This document shows positions 21,118 to 32,794 of a stretch of 64,000 nt of DNA, piece after piece. The notes beneath the pieces were generated by a model. It had not been told where the DNA came from, did not search any database, and saw only the letters and a list, made by a program, of their open reading frames with translations. The DNA is from an uncultured Thermoplasmata archaeon (GTDB lineage Archaea > Thermoplasmatota > Thermoplasmata > RBG-16-68-12). Each line of letters starts with the position of its first letter. Positions within the stretch are counted from its first letter, which is position 1. Both the position numbers and the translations under genes were made by a program. The DNA lies in the NCBI GenBank assembly GCA_963768855.1, contig CAVYJM010000006.1, positions 1 through 64,000 on the forward strand, written 5' to 3'.

Positions 21118-22528
21118 CTACGGCATGCACACATCTGGTAACGCGCATCCTTGCATTTGGCAGGGAGGGCTGATTCTCTTTGGATGTGATTCGTTTTCCA
21201 GGAGGGGTGGATGGAGTTGGGGCTGGGCCATTTCGGCGACAAGCGGCTACAAAAAGGGGGGCTTTCTGCTCCGCCGGCTTACCGCTCATGGCGGTAAGGG
21301 GGTCAGCGTCAAGCTGCTTGGCGGCAAGCGTTCGGACGAGATACGGATTGGCCGGTTTTTGCACAATCCCAAGGTAACCGAGACGGAGATGGTGGCCACG
21401 GCCAAGGCGCGGACCTGTGCCCGGGCCGCGGGCCGCCATGTGCTTGCGATCCAGGACACCACCGCGCTCAGGGTGGACGAGAAGGGCCTCGGCCTTTTGC
21501 TTCATCCTGTCATCGCCGTGGATGCGGACGATGGGGCGATGCTGGGCCTCATCGGCAATACTTTCCTGACCCGTGAAGGCGGCGGACGCAGCACCCGCAA
21601 ACTGCGCGGCATCGAGGAAAAAGAGAGCAAGCGATGGCCCGTGGGGGCTGGGAGCGCCGCCGCCTTGGTGCAGGCTGGAGCTGCCAGCGTGACCGTGGTC
21701 GAGGACCGCGAAGGCGATATCTACGAGAGCTTCGCGCTCAAGCCCACTGGCGTCGAGCTTTTGATACGGGCGGCGCAGGACCGTGCCCTGGCTGATAAGA
21801 CAATGCTTTTCGCCAAGGCGGATGGCTGGGCCGAAGCCGGACGCATGGGCGTGGATCTGCCCGCCATCTCCGGCCGCAAGGCCCGCAAAGCACAGCTCAG
21901 CCTGCGCTTCGGAACGGTTGAGATCCCAAGGCCGCGCCGCCGCAAGCGGGGGGTGATGCTGCTGCCCAAAACCGTGACGCTGAGCTTTGTCGATGTGCGC
22001 GAGATCGATCCGCCGGAGGGCGGAGAGGCGGCGCATTGGCGGCTTTTGACCACCCACAAAGTGGAGGATTTCGAGGCCGCCCAGCGGATTGCCGGTTTCT
22101 ACCGCAAGCGCTGGACCATCGAGCAGCTGTTCCGGACCATGAAGACCAAGGGGTTCCAGATCGAGGCCCTGCGCCAGCAAGAGGGACCCTTGAAAAAGCT
22201 GGTGACGGCCATTCTGATCGCCGCCATCGTTACGATGCAACTCGTGGCGGAGCGCGATGGCGCCGCCGGCCGGCCGCTGGAAGATGCCTTCGATCCCGAA
22301 GACGAGCCCATGCTCGAACAGGTCTGCAAGAGCCTTGAAGGAGACACCCAAAAACAGAAGAACCCGCATCCTAAAGGCTCCCTTGCCTACGCCGCCTGGG
22401 TTCTCGCAAGGCTCGGCGGCTGGACCGGATACTACGGAAAACCCGGTCCAATCGTCATGCTCAGAGGGCTCACGGAGTTCCATGCAATTAAACATGGATG
22501 CAAACTCCGCGATGTGTGAATCTCGTAG
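21118..22528 (+). mobile_element. IS4-family (IS50-like ends) insertion sequence
   Basis: Terminal IRs CTACGGCATGCACACATC / GATGTGTGAATCTCGTAG (15 of 18 match). Imperfect flanking duplication CCCAATGGG / CCCATGGGG. Confidence 0.88.
21211..22519 (+). CDS. IS4-family DDE transposase (frame change at the A5G6 run near 21250)
   Basis: LAIQDTT, VVEDREGDIY, WRLLTT, YRKRWTIEQLFRTMK, WVLARLGGW.GY. ATG 21211 follows a GGAGG SD. Confidence 0.88.
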
Positions 22529-22589
22529 CCCATGGGGAGAGGGACAGGGTGAGGGGTAATGCCCGCTGTATGGATCGCTTGACGCGGAG

Positions 22590-23042
22590 CTATTTCGCCT
22601 GTGGCTTGGCGAACTGTCGCAGGGCGGCCAGCGTCTCCGCGCTGACGTGGTGCTCGATGCCTTCGGCGTCCTTGCGGGCCGTTTCCTCGCTCACGCCAAT
22701 CGAAAGCAGGAACGCTACCACCACGCTGTGCCGCTCGCGGGCACCGGCGGCGAGCACCCGTCCCTTGCCGGTCAGGACCACGCCCTTATAGTGCTGCTGC
22801 AGCACCAGCCCCTCATCCGCAAGCCGCTTCAGCATCTTCGCGACGGTGGGCTGCGCAACGCCAAGACGCCCGGCGATATCCATCTGCTTCGCGTGCCCCT
22901 GGGCCGCGATCAAATCGTCGATAAGCTCGACGTAATCCTCCATGAGCTCCAGCCGGTGCGCCTGGCGCGTTTGGCGGAAGCTCTCCGATTGGATGTCGGG
23001 CGCGATAAGGGTATCGGTTGCGCTTTTCTTCTCTGAAGTCAT
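22590..23042 (-). CDS. mntR: Manganese-responsive DtxR/MntR-family repressor
   Basis: [42 protein letters not shown]; divergent from mntH. Confidence 0.92.
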   Translation of the reverse strand: MTSEKKSATDTLIAPDIQSESFRQTRQAHRLELMEDYVELIDDLIAAQGHAKQMDIAGRLGVAQPTVAKMLKRLADEGLVLQQHYKGVVLTGKGRVLAAGARERHSVVVAFLLSIGVSEETARKDAEGIEHHVSAETLAALRQFAKPQAK

Positions 23043-23130
23043 CGCCGCGAAAAACCCAATTTCATGCGCCCCAGCCGGTGGCAGCCTAGCAGATTGCGCC
23101 GCGGGTCTCAGCAAAATCGAATTTAGTTAT

Positions 23131-23287
23131 CCTGGTGTTTCCGAATGAACTGAGGAATCGCCCCTCACCCCAGCCCTCTCCCCATGGGAGAGGGAGTCCC
23201 GCTGCGCCCGTTGTTAGGGCGTCCCCTCTCCCATGGGGAGAGGGACAGGGTGAGGGGCGATTCCTCAGTTCATTCGGAAACACCAGG
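23131..23287. repeat. Family A repeat, copy 2, with 40-bp perfect terminal inverted repeats
   Basis: CCTGGTGTTTCCGAATGAACTGAGGAATCGCCCCTCACCC ... its exact reverse complement, enclosing two CCCTCTCCC/GGGAGAGGG hairpins. Confidence 0.9.
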
Positions 23288-23350
23288 CAATCGAGAAACC
23301 GGATGACAAGGAGTTTACCAAAGCGGCCTTCAACGGGGCTGGCGGAAAAT

Positions 23351-23382
23351 TATAGCTTAGGCTATATATAGCACAGGCTATA
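23351..23382 (+). promoter_or_regulatory. Two tandem MntR boxes upstream of mntH
   Basis: TATAGC-TTAG-GCTATA (23351-23366) and TATAGC-ACAG-GCTATA (23367-23382), matching the ATAGC-N4-GCTAT core of proteobacterial MntR sites. Confidence 0.8.
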
Positions 23383-23404
23383 TTCGCTCCGGGTGAGGCA
23401 CTTA

Positions 23405-24709
23405 ATGGCTTACGATGCATCGATACGCGTGGAAACCGCGCCCCTGACGGCGGGCGGCACCGCCGCCGCCTTGCGCGAAGCCCTTGCCGGCCGGCGCGGC
23501 AGGCTGGCCACGGGATGGCTCTTTACCGGCCCCGCCGTCGTCGCTTCGATTGCTTATATCGATCCAGGCAATTTCGCCACCAACATCCAGGCCGGCGCCA
23601 AATACGGCTACGGCCTTTTATGGGTGGTGCTCGTTGCGAACCTGGTTGCGATGCTGTTTCAGGCATTGTCGGCCAAGCTCGGCATTGTGACCGGCCAGAA
23701 CCTGGCCGAGCTGTCGCGCGACCGCTTTCCGCATCCGGTGCCGTTCCTCATGTGGATCGCAAGCGAAGTCGCTGCCATGGCAACGGATCTGGCGGAGTTT
23801 CTCGGCGGTGCCATCGGCCTGTCGCTGCTGACCGGCGTCTCGCTTCTCTCAGGCATGGCAGCAACCGCGATCGTCACCTATGGAATCCTCATGTTCGGAG
23901 GTGCCAACTTCCGGCGGATAGAGGTCTGCATAGGCGCCTTCGTGGCCGTGATCGGCATCTGCTATCTGATCGAGCTTTTCATCGCGCCGGTGAGCTGGGG
24001 CGCGGCCGTCCATGGCATGCTGACGCCGCGGATTGCCGATAACGAGGCCCTGATGATAGCGGTTGGTATTGTCGGCGCCACCGTGATGCCGCACGCTATT
24101 TACCTTCATTCGTCGCTCACCCAATCGCGCACCTTGCTGCTTTCGGACGCGCAGAGGGCGCGGGTGCTGCGATTTTCCAACCGGGAGGTAATCGCCGCGC
24201 TGAGCGTTGCCGGCGCCATCAACATGGCGATGGTGATGATGGCAGCCGGGGCTTTCAACGCGGGCTATCCCGATGTGGGCGAGATAGAAACCGCCTACCA
24301 CACGCTGACGCCGCTGCTTGGCGCGGCCGCCGCTGCCGCCTTCCTCGTTTCGCTGATCGCGTCGGGAATTTCGAGCTCGGTCGTGGGCACCATGGCCGGT
24401 CAGGTGATTTTGCAGGGGTTCTTCCGGCGCAAGATCCCTATCTGGCTGCGGCGGCTCGTAACCATGGCTCCAGCCTTCGTTGTGGCAGGGCTCGGAGTGA
24501 GTGCAACGAAAGCGCTCGTCCTCAGCCAGGTGATCCTAAGCCTTGCCCTGCCCGTGCCTCTGATCGCGGTTCTGGTCTTGTCGAGCGACCGGCGGATCAT
24601 GCGGCAGTTTGCCAATACCGCCGCAACCAAGGTGCTTGGCGCGATGGCCGCGGCAGCCGTGCTGATCTTAAACGGCGTGCTTCTGTACGAGGCGCTGGCC
24701 GCGCTTTGA
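23405..24709 (+). CDS. mntH: Nramp-family Mn2+ transporter
   Basis: IAYIDPGNFATN, ATDLAEFLG, GATVMPHAIYLHS. Confidence 0.96.
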   Translation: MAYDASIRVETAPLTAGGTAAALREALAGRRGRLATGWLFTGPAVVASIAYIDPGNFATNIQAGAKYGYGLLWVVLVANLVAMLFQALSAKLGIVTGQNLAELSRDRFPHPVPFLMWIASEVAAMATDLAEFLGGAIGLSLLTGVSLLSGMAATAIVTYGILMFGGANFRRIEVCIGAFVAVIGICYLIELFIAPVSWGAAVHGMLTPRIADNEALMIAVGIVGATVMPHAIYLHSSLTQSRTLLLSDAQRARVLRFSNREVIAALSVAGAINMAMVMMAAGAFNAGYPDVGEIETAYHTLTPLLGAAAAAAFLVSLIASGISSSVVGTMAGQVILQGFFRRKIPIWLRRLVTMAPAFVVAGLGVSATKALVLSQVILSLALPVPLIAVLVLSSDRRIMRQFANTAATKVLGAMAAAAVLILNGVLLYEALAAL

Positions 24710-24739
24710 ATGCCCATTCGATTTTGATCGAAAACGAGA

Positions 24740-24865
24740 AAGACCCCCTCATCCTGTCCTTCTCCCCAAGGGGAGAAGGGACGCCTGAAATGCCCGCTAC
24801 CTTGTGGATAGGACCGCATCCTGCTCCCTCTCCCCTTGGGGAGAGGGCCGGGGTGAGGGGGTCTT
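24740..24865. repeat. Family A repeat, copy 3
   Basis: AGACCCCCTCATCCTGTCCTTCTCCCCAAGGGGAGAAGGG ... CCCTCTCCCCTTGGGGAGAGGGCCGGGGTGAGGGGGTCT. Confidence 0.85.
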
Positions 24866-24936
24866 CTACAGCAGTTCAGCGAACCTTCAATTATGCCTTG
24901 ACGAATGCCCGCGGCTTGGTTGTCTATAGGGCCGAT

Positions 24937-25011
24937 GCGCGTGTAGCTCAGCGGTAGAGCATCCGGTTTACACCCGGACGGTCGGGAGTTCGATCCTCTC
25001 CGCGCGCACCA
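24937..25011 (+). tRNA. tRNA-Val (anticodon TAC)
   Basis: Cloverleaf: acceptor GCGCGTG/CGCGCGC, D arm GCTC/GAGC, anticodon stem TCCGG/CCGGA with loop TTTACAC, TTCGATC T loop, encoded ACCA. Confidence 0.95.
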
Positions 25012-25388
25012 CGCCCAAGCGCTGCGATCGCAAGCAGCGCCGGCGCAACGTAAAGTTGTTCGGCGGTTTTACCGCAAATATAGATTGTATTTTTACTGTT
25101 CACGCAAACTTGAATTGCAAGAAACCTGTTAGAAATGCGGTCTTAGTGCGGCGTGTTTTTGGCCGCACATCCAGGGATATCTGAAAAAGCAGAGCCTATG
25201 CAGCGCAAAATGCTCTTGTGAACGGCGGCCGTGTGGCGCTATGCTCAAGATAATGTGTATGCAGGGGCCGGGAGTGGGGTGCGCTCGCCTACCAGAATAT
25301 GAAGTGGGTGACAAAAGGAGCATGTTGCTGGTTCCTTTTCGCAAGAAGGGAACCGTGAGTAGTTAAGGTCGGACGGGGCAACTATACA

Positions 25389-26004
25389 ATGACACCTGAA
25401 CAAACACGGTTACTGGCCGAAAGTTTCGGAAAGCTCGAGAACCGGCTTTATGATCTGGGCTCGCTGGTTTATCAAAAGCTGTTCGAGCTACACCCTGAAT
25501 CCCGGCGCCTCTTCAGAGGCGACATGGAGGAGCAGAAGCTGAAGCTCGCGCGCGTTTTCGCCGAGTTCGTCCGCGTGAAAACGCGGTCTCAGCATTTCCT
25601 GCCCGTGACGAAGAAAGGCGGGGAAGCCGTTATTCCCGGCGTTGGAGCCCTGGGCACGCGCCATGAGGAAAATTATGGCGTCGGCTGCAAGCACTACGGC
25701 GTATATGCGCGAAGCGCTGCTCTACGCCATTTCGACCCTGCTTGGAAGAGAGTACAACGACGAGATCGGCCGGGCTTGGTCGGAGACCTTCGACATGCTC
25801 GCCGAAGCCATGCAGAAGCACGCTGGCGGAAACCCGGAAGCGGTGGCGTTCGCAAGGCTGTTCCACCGGAGAGGGCCAGAGACCGCGGTGCCGCAGCAGC
25901 AGGCATCGGCCGACGGGTATTTCAACTCCGGATCGGGGTCTGGATCTGGAACCGGGTCCGGAAAAGACCAGCTCAGCAACTTCCTCAACAACCACCGCGT
26001 TTAG
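25389..26004 (+). CDS. Single-domain globin (flavohemoglobin/Vgb-like) with C-terminal tail (1-nt indel near 25698)
   Basis: LLAESF..L, B10 Tyr (VYQKLF), CD1 Phe (RRLF), E7 Gln (EQKLKL), F8 His (GTRHEENYGV), H helix (REALLYAI...AWSETFDMLA..M). Confidence 0.85.
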
Positions 26005-26007
26005 CGG

Positions 26008-26175
26008 TCCGCACAACGCGCATTACCCCTCACCCCATGGGAGAGGGAGTTCGCTCGCAGCCGTTGTTCGGGCGTCCCCTCTCCCCCATCCGCATTCGCT
26101 CGCGAATGCGGACGCTATAAGTTGCAAGCTCGCCAAGGCGAGCTTGCTGAGAGGGACAGGGTGAGGGGTAACGCC
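26008..26175. repeat. Family A repeat, copy 4, with a nested two-hairpin cassette (26087-26147)
   Basis: ATTACCCCTCACCC ... GGGTGAGGGGTAAC. The second hairpin loop is replaced by CATCCGCATTCGCTCGCGAATGCGGACG-CTATAAGTT-GCAAGCTCGCCAAGGCGAGCTTGC. Confidence 0.85.
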
Positions 26176-26226
26176 CTATGAGCATGAACTCAATCTGCCG
26201 GCTCAAAGCGATAAGAGTGCGGTGCC

Positions 26227-27042
26227 ATGAAGCGTGTTTTGCTGACGGGAGCGGGCGGGGCGATCGGGACGCGGCTGCGGAAGCTGTTGGCGGCGCATTA
26301 CGAGCTTGTCCTCACCGATCTCGCTCCGCCTTCCGGCCTTGAGCCGCAAGAAGCGTTCATCGCCGCGGATCTGGCGGACGCAGGCTCCATCGAACGCGCC
26401 GTCGCCGGGGCGGAGGGGATTGTGCATCTCGGCGGGCAATCCGTCGAAGCCCCCTGGGAGACAATTCTTCACTCCAATATCGCGGGCACTTACAATCTCT
26501 TCGAGGCAGCCCGGAAGCACGGCGTCAAACGCGTGGTCTTCGCCTCCTCGAACCATGTCGGCGGCTTCTATCCGCGCGAGCAAACCATCGGCACGGAGGT
26601 TCTGCCGCTGCCTGACACGCGCTACGGGGTCAGCAAGGCTTTCGGCGAGGCGCTCGGCGCGCTCTATGCTCACAAATACGGCCTCGGCGTGCTGTGCATC
26701 CGCATCGGCAATGTCGCCGATGTCCCGGCGGACGAGCGGCGGCTTGCCATCTGGCTGAAGCCGGAAGACCTGGTTTCCCTCATCCGCATTGGCCTCGAAC
26801 GCGAGGGCCTCGTTTACGAGGTGGTCTACGGCATGTCCGATAATGCGCGGGCATGGTGGGACAATTCGCGGGCGCGCGAGCTTGGCTACAGCCCCGAGGG
26901 GCGCTCGGAGGAGTTCGCGGCGGAAGCGCTCGCGGCCCAGGCGAAGCTGCCGCCCGATGAGGTAGGCGCGGCCTTTCAGGGCGGGGACTTCTGCTCGCAA
27001 GAATTTGAAGGCCAGTTGAGCCGCATTCTGCGCAAGTCCTAG
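26227..27042 (+). CDS. NAD-dependent epimerase/dehydratase, uronate dehydrogenase-like
   Basis: LLTGAGGAIG, FASSNHVGGFY, YGVSK, LCIRIG. Confidence 0.85.
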   Translation: MKRVLLTGAGGAIGTRLRKLLAAHYELVLTDLAPPSGLEPQEAFIAADLADAGSIERAVAGAEGIVHLGGQSVEAPWETILHSNIAGTYNLFEAARKHGVKRVVFASSNHVGGFYPREQTIGTEVLPLPDTRYGVSKAFGEALGALYAHKYGLGVLCIRIGNVADVPADERRLAIWLKPEDLVSLIRIGLEREGLVYEVVYGMSDNARAWWDNSRARELGYSPEGRSEEFAAEALAAQAKLPPDEVGAAFQGGDFCSQEFEGQLSRILRKS

Positions 27043-27072
27043 CGCATTTTCATTCAACGTTCAGTCGCCAGT

Positions 27073-27155
27073 TGTCATGCCCGCGTCTGCCAGCGTCCAT
27101 ATAAGGGCTTGTTCCGCCAATGTTATTATGGATACCGCGCCTCGCGGGAATGACG
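27073..27155. repeat. CGTC-type palindrome (family B, copy 2, degenerate)
   Basis: TGTCATGCCCGCG...TCCAT ... ATGGATACCGCGCCTCGCGGGAATGACG. Confidence 0.7.
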
Positions 27156-27347
27156 ATCTTAGGCTCAAGCCCGGTCTAAAACTCTTTAGGCCCCAATCGT
27201 CCGCATTGTGACTTTTCATGCCAAAGGCCGGCTATCCAAGCGCCTTTGCGCTGTGTCATATTGGCGCGGTTCCGGGTAGCGCCCCAATCAAACTCATTAC
27301 AAGAACGGCGCGCCCGCGAGTTTCGTGAACATTGGAGGAACGCACAC

Positions 27348-27833
27348 ATGCCGGAAATTACCATGGTGGTGAACGGCAAGCCTGTTCGCGCGGATGTGCC
27401 GCCGAACATGCTGCTGGCCGAATTCTTACGGCAGAATCTGGGGTTGACCGGAACGCATGTTGGCTGCGACACGTCGCAATGCGGCGCATGCACCGTCCAT
27501 ATGAACGGCAACTCCGTTAAGTCTTGCACCACGCTGGCCGTCCAGGCCGATGGCGCACACGTCACCACCATCGAAGGGCTTTCCTCCGGCACGGACCTGC
27601 ATCCGGTGCAAGCCGCGTTCCGCGAGGCCCACGGCCTGCAATGCGGCTTCTGTACGCCGGGCATGATTATGTCCTCGGCCGACCTGCTGCAGAAAAATCC
27701 CAATCCCAGCGAGCCCGAGATACGCACCTGGCTCAAGGGCAACATCTGCCGCTGCACCGGCTACCATAACATCGTGAAGGCCGTGGAGATGGCCGCCGAT
27801 GCGATGAGCAGCGTGCGCAAGGCGGCGGAATAG
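27348..27833 (+). CDS. coxS: CO dehydrogenase/xanthine dehydrogenase-family small [2Fe-2S] subunit
   Basis: [29 protein letters not shown]. Confidence 0.93.
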   Translation: MPEITMVVNGKPVRADVPPNMLLAEFLRQNLGLTGTHVGCDTSQCGACTVHMNGNSVKSCTTLAVQADGAHVTTIEGLSSGTDLHPVQAAFREAHGLQCGFCTPGMIMSSADLLQKNPNPSEPEIRTWLKGNICRCTGYHNIVKAVEMAADAMSSVRKAAE

Positions 27834-27848
27834 GGGCGGGAGGACAAC

Positions 27849-30231
<2,383 letters not shown>

Positions 30232-30242
30232 GGAGAAGGACC

Positions 30243-31052
30243 ATGAACAACTTCGACTATGTACGTCCTTCATCCGTCGCCGCCGCCGCGCAGGCTCTCT
30301 CCGCGGCGAACGCAACGGCTCTCGCGGGCGGTCACACGCTGATACCGACGATGAAGCAGCGGCTTGCCAAGCCGTCCATGCTCGTCGATCTCGGCGGCAT
30401 CGCTGAGCTGAAGGGCATCCGCCGGGAGAACGGCACGCTCGTCATCGGCGCCACAACCACCCATGCGGAGGTGGCGTCGAGCCAGGAGGTGCGCAAAGCC
30501 ATCCCGGCGCTTGCCAAGCTCGCCGATGGCATCGGCGACGCCCAGGTCCGCCATCGCGGCACCATCGGCGGCTCGGTCGCGAACAACGATCCAGCCGCGG
30601 ATTATCCCGCCGCGGTGCTGGGGCTGGGCGCGACCATCGTCACCAACAAGCGCCAGATCGAAGCGGATAAATACTTCACGGGCCTGTTCTCCACGGCGCT
30701 GATGCCGGGCGAGATCATCGTCTCGATCCGCTTCCCCATCCCCGAGCGCGCCGGCTACGCGAAGTTCGAGCAGCGGGCCTCGCGCTACTGCCTGGTGAGC
30801 GTGTTCGTGGCGAAGGGCAAGGGCGGCTTGTTCTCCTCGGGCGAGGTGCGCGCCGCCGTCTCGGGCGCTGGCTCCAATGGCGTGTTCCGCGTTCCGGCGA
30901 TGGAGCAGGCGCTGAAGGGCAACTTCTCGGCCGATGCCTTGCGCGGCGTGAGCGTTCCGGCCGCGGGGCTGATGAGCGACATGCACGGCAGCGCCGATTA
31001 CCGGGCCTCTCTCATCGGTGTCATGGCTCAGCGGGCTGTATCGGCGGCATGA
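30243..31052 (+). CDS. coxM: CoxM-type FAD-binding medium subunit
   Basis: LAGGHTLIP.MKQRLA, VRHRGTIGGSVA..DPAADY. Confidence 0.92.
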   Translation: MNNFDYVRPSSVAAAAQALSAANATALAGGHTLIPTMKQRLAKPSMLVDLGGIAELKGIRRENGTLVIGATTTHAEVASSQEVRKAIPALAKLADGIGDAQVRHRGTIGGSVANNDPAADYPAAVLGLGATIVTNKRQIEADKYFTGLFSTALMPGEIIVSIRFPIPERAGYAKFEQRASRYCLVSVFVAKGKGGLFSSGEVRAAVSGAGSNGVFRVPAMEQALKGNFSADALRGVSVPAAGLMSDMHGSADYRASLIGVMAQRAVSAA

Positions 31053-31993
31053 CGGAGGCAGTTCCAAATAGCGTTGCAGAAACGTCCCGCTTACTGGCCA
31101 AGGGAGGCTACCTGCCCAGCGACGCCCTGGCAGCCTCCGTGTTCCTCGCCCTCAAGCTGCAACGACCCCTGCTGCTTGAGGGCGAGGCGGGCGTCGGCAA
31201 AACCGAAGTAGCCAAGGTGCTGGCGGCCGTGCTTGGCCGGCCGCTGGTGCGTCTGCAATGCTATGAGGGGCTGGACCTTTCGACCGCCGCTTACGAGTGG
31301 AACTACAGCCGGCAGCTTCTGCATATCCGCGCGTCGGAGGCTGCCGGGCATGTTAGCACCGCAAGCTTGGAGCGCGATCTTTATAGCGAGAGCTATCTGC
31401 TCAAGCGTCCTTTGCTGCGGGCGCTTGAGCTATCGGCGGAAGGCAAGGCGCCAATTCTGTTGATCGACGAACTCGACCGCGCGGACGAGCCGTTCGAGGC
31501 GTTTTTGCTGGAGGTGCTCGCCGATTACCAGATCACGATCCCCGAGCTTGGCACGATCCGCGCCGCTGAGCCTCCCATCACGATCCTGACCTCCAACAGG
31601 ACGCGGGAAGTTCACGACGCGGTTCGGCGCCGCTGCTTCTATTGCTGGATCGATTACCCTTCGGCCGCGCGCGAAGCCGAGATCCTGCGGCTCAAGCTCC
31701 CGGAGGCGCCCGCGGCGCTCACGGCGCAGATCGTGGGCTTTGTGCAGTCGATCCGCCAGATGGACCTCTACAAGAGTCCCGGCATTGCGGAGACCATCAA
31801 TTGGGCGCAGGCGCTGACCTCGCTCGACTGCGTGGCGCTCGATCTTGAGGCGGTGAATTCGACGCTCGGCACGCTCTTGAAATATCAAGACGATATCGTC
31901 CGCATCCAAGGCAGCGAGGCGGCGCGGCTGTTGGAGCAGGTGAAATCGCGCGCGCGGGAGGCGGCGTTTGCGGCGGAGGGGGATTCCGCTTAA
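31049..31993 (+). CDS. coxD: MoxR-family AAA+ ATPase (CoxD-like)
   Basis: LLLEGEAGVGKT, LQCYEG, LLIDELDRAD, TSNRTREVHDA.RRRC. Confidence 0.9.
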   Translation: MTEAVPNSVAETSRLLAKGGYLPSDALAASVFLALKLQRPLLLEGEAGVGKTEVAKVLAAVLGRPLVRLQCYEGLDLSTAAYEWNYSRQLLHIRASEAAGHVSTASLERDLYSESYLLKRPLLRALELSAEGKAPILLIDELDRADEPFEAFLLEVLADYQITIPELGTIRAAEPPITILTSNRTREVHDAVRRRCFYCWIDYPSAAREAEILRLKLPEAPAALTAQIVGFVQSIRQMDLYKSPGIAETINWAQALTSLDCVALDLEAVNSTLGTLLKYQDDIVRIQGSEAARLLEQVKSRAREAAFAAEGDSA

Positions 31994-32018
31994 ATATAGA
32001 GGTTGGGATCGCAGCCGG

Positions 32019-32117
32019 CGTCATCCCGGAACCGCCAGAGGCGGTATCCGGGATCGTTACAAGCGCCGGCATGTGTTACGATCCCGGATAAGCGCTAAAG
32101 CGCTTTCCGGGATGACG
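32019..32117. repeat. CGTC-tagged palindrome (family B, copy 3)
   Basis: CGTCATCCCGGA...TATCCGGGATCGT ... ACGATCCCGGATA...TCCGGGATGACG. Confidence 0.85.
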
Positions 32118-32144
32118 CAAACAGGTGCAATCGGGATCGCGAAA

Positions 32145-32442
32145 ATGGACCGGGCCACAATCGTCGAGCGCATCAAGTCCAAGGAGGCGGCCATCCGCAA
32201 GGAAGGCGCCACGCACCTCTATTTGTTCGGCTCGCGTGCGCGCGGGGACAATAAGCCAACCAGCGATTTGGATGTGCTATGTGGATTACGATTCATCAGG
32301 CAAGTTTAGCATCCTTGATCTAGTCGGCATAAAGCTGTTGTTGGAGGATGAACTTAGCCTAGACGTTCATATCACCACAAAAAATAGCCTGCATCCGAAG
32401 TTAAAAAACGATATAGAGGCGCAATCCATTTGCGTGTTTTGA
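32145..32442 (+). CDS. Minimal nucleotidyltransferase (MntA-like antitoxin), indel near 32277
   Basis: LYLFGSRARGD..PTSDLDV, continuing in ORF 32125-32442 as YVDY...SLHP.LK..IE.Q.I.VF. Confidence 0.82.
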
Positions 32443-32790
32443 ATGCAACGTGATATCAGTGTCGTCCTTGGGGAAATCGTTGAAGCTATCGATATTGCAA
32501 TCTCTATCTGTTCGAAGCTGAATTTAGATCAGTTCCGCAGTAGCAAAGTTGAAAAGCTGGCAGTCCAAAGAACGATTGAAATAATTTCCGAAGCTGCACG
32601 GCATCTTCCCCAGGAAGAGCTGGAAAAATATCCAACTGTTCCTTGGCGGCAGGTGAAGGCCATGGGCAACGTTTTGCGTCACGAATACCATCATTTGAAC
32701 GACAAGATTATCTGGGATGTAGTCCGCGACGAGCTGCCAGACCTGATAGCAAAAATTCTGGAAGGAAACCCGCAGCTTCGAGAGGGCTGA
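32443..32790 (+). CDS. HEPN (DUF86/HepT-like) ribonuclease toxin
   Basis: AVQRTIEIISEAA..LP, PWRQV..MGNVLRHEY, IIWDVV..LP; noticeably AT-richer than the flanking genes. Confidence 0.87.
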   Translation: MQRDISVVLGEIVEAIDIAISICSKLNLDQFRSSKVEKLAVQRTIEIISEAARHLPQEELEKYPTVPWRQVKAMGNVLRHEYHHLNDKIIWDVVRDELPDLIAKILEGNPQLREG

Positions 32791-32794
32791 GGCG

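Larger units (their letters stand above)
21018..22578. repeat. Double-hairpin dispersed repeat (family A, copy 1), split by the IS4 element
   Basis: 32-bp terminal inverted repeats at 21018-21049 and 22547-22578 with 1 mismatch. The left half ends at 21117 and the right half resumes at 22529. Confidence 0.85.

Noticed and set aside
24937-25011. tRNA-Val as an island attachment site
   Set aside because: No integrase nearby and no duplicate of the tRNA 3' end was seen in the window.
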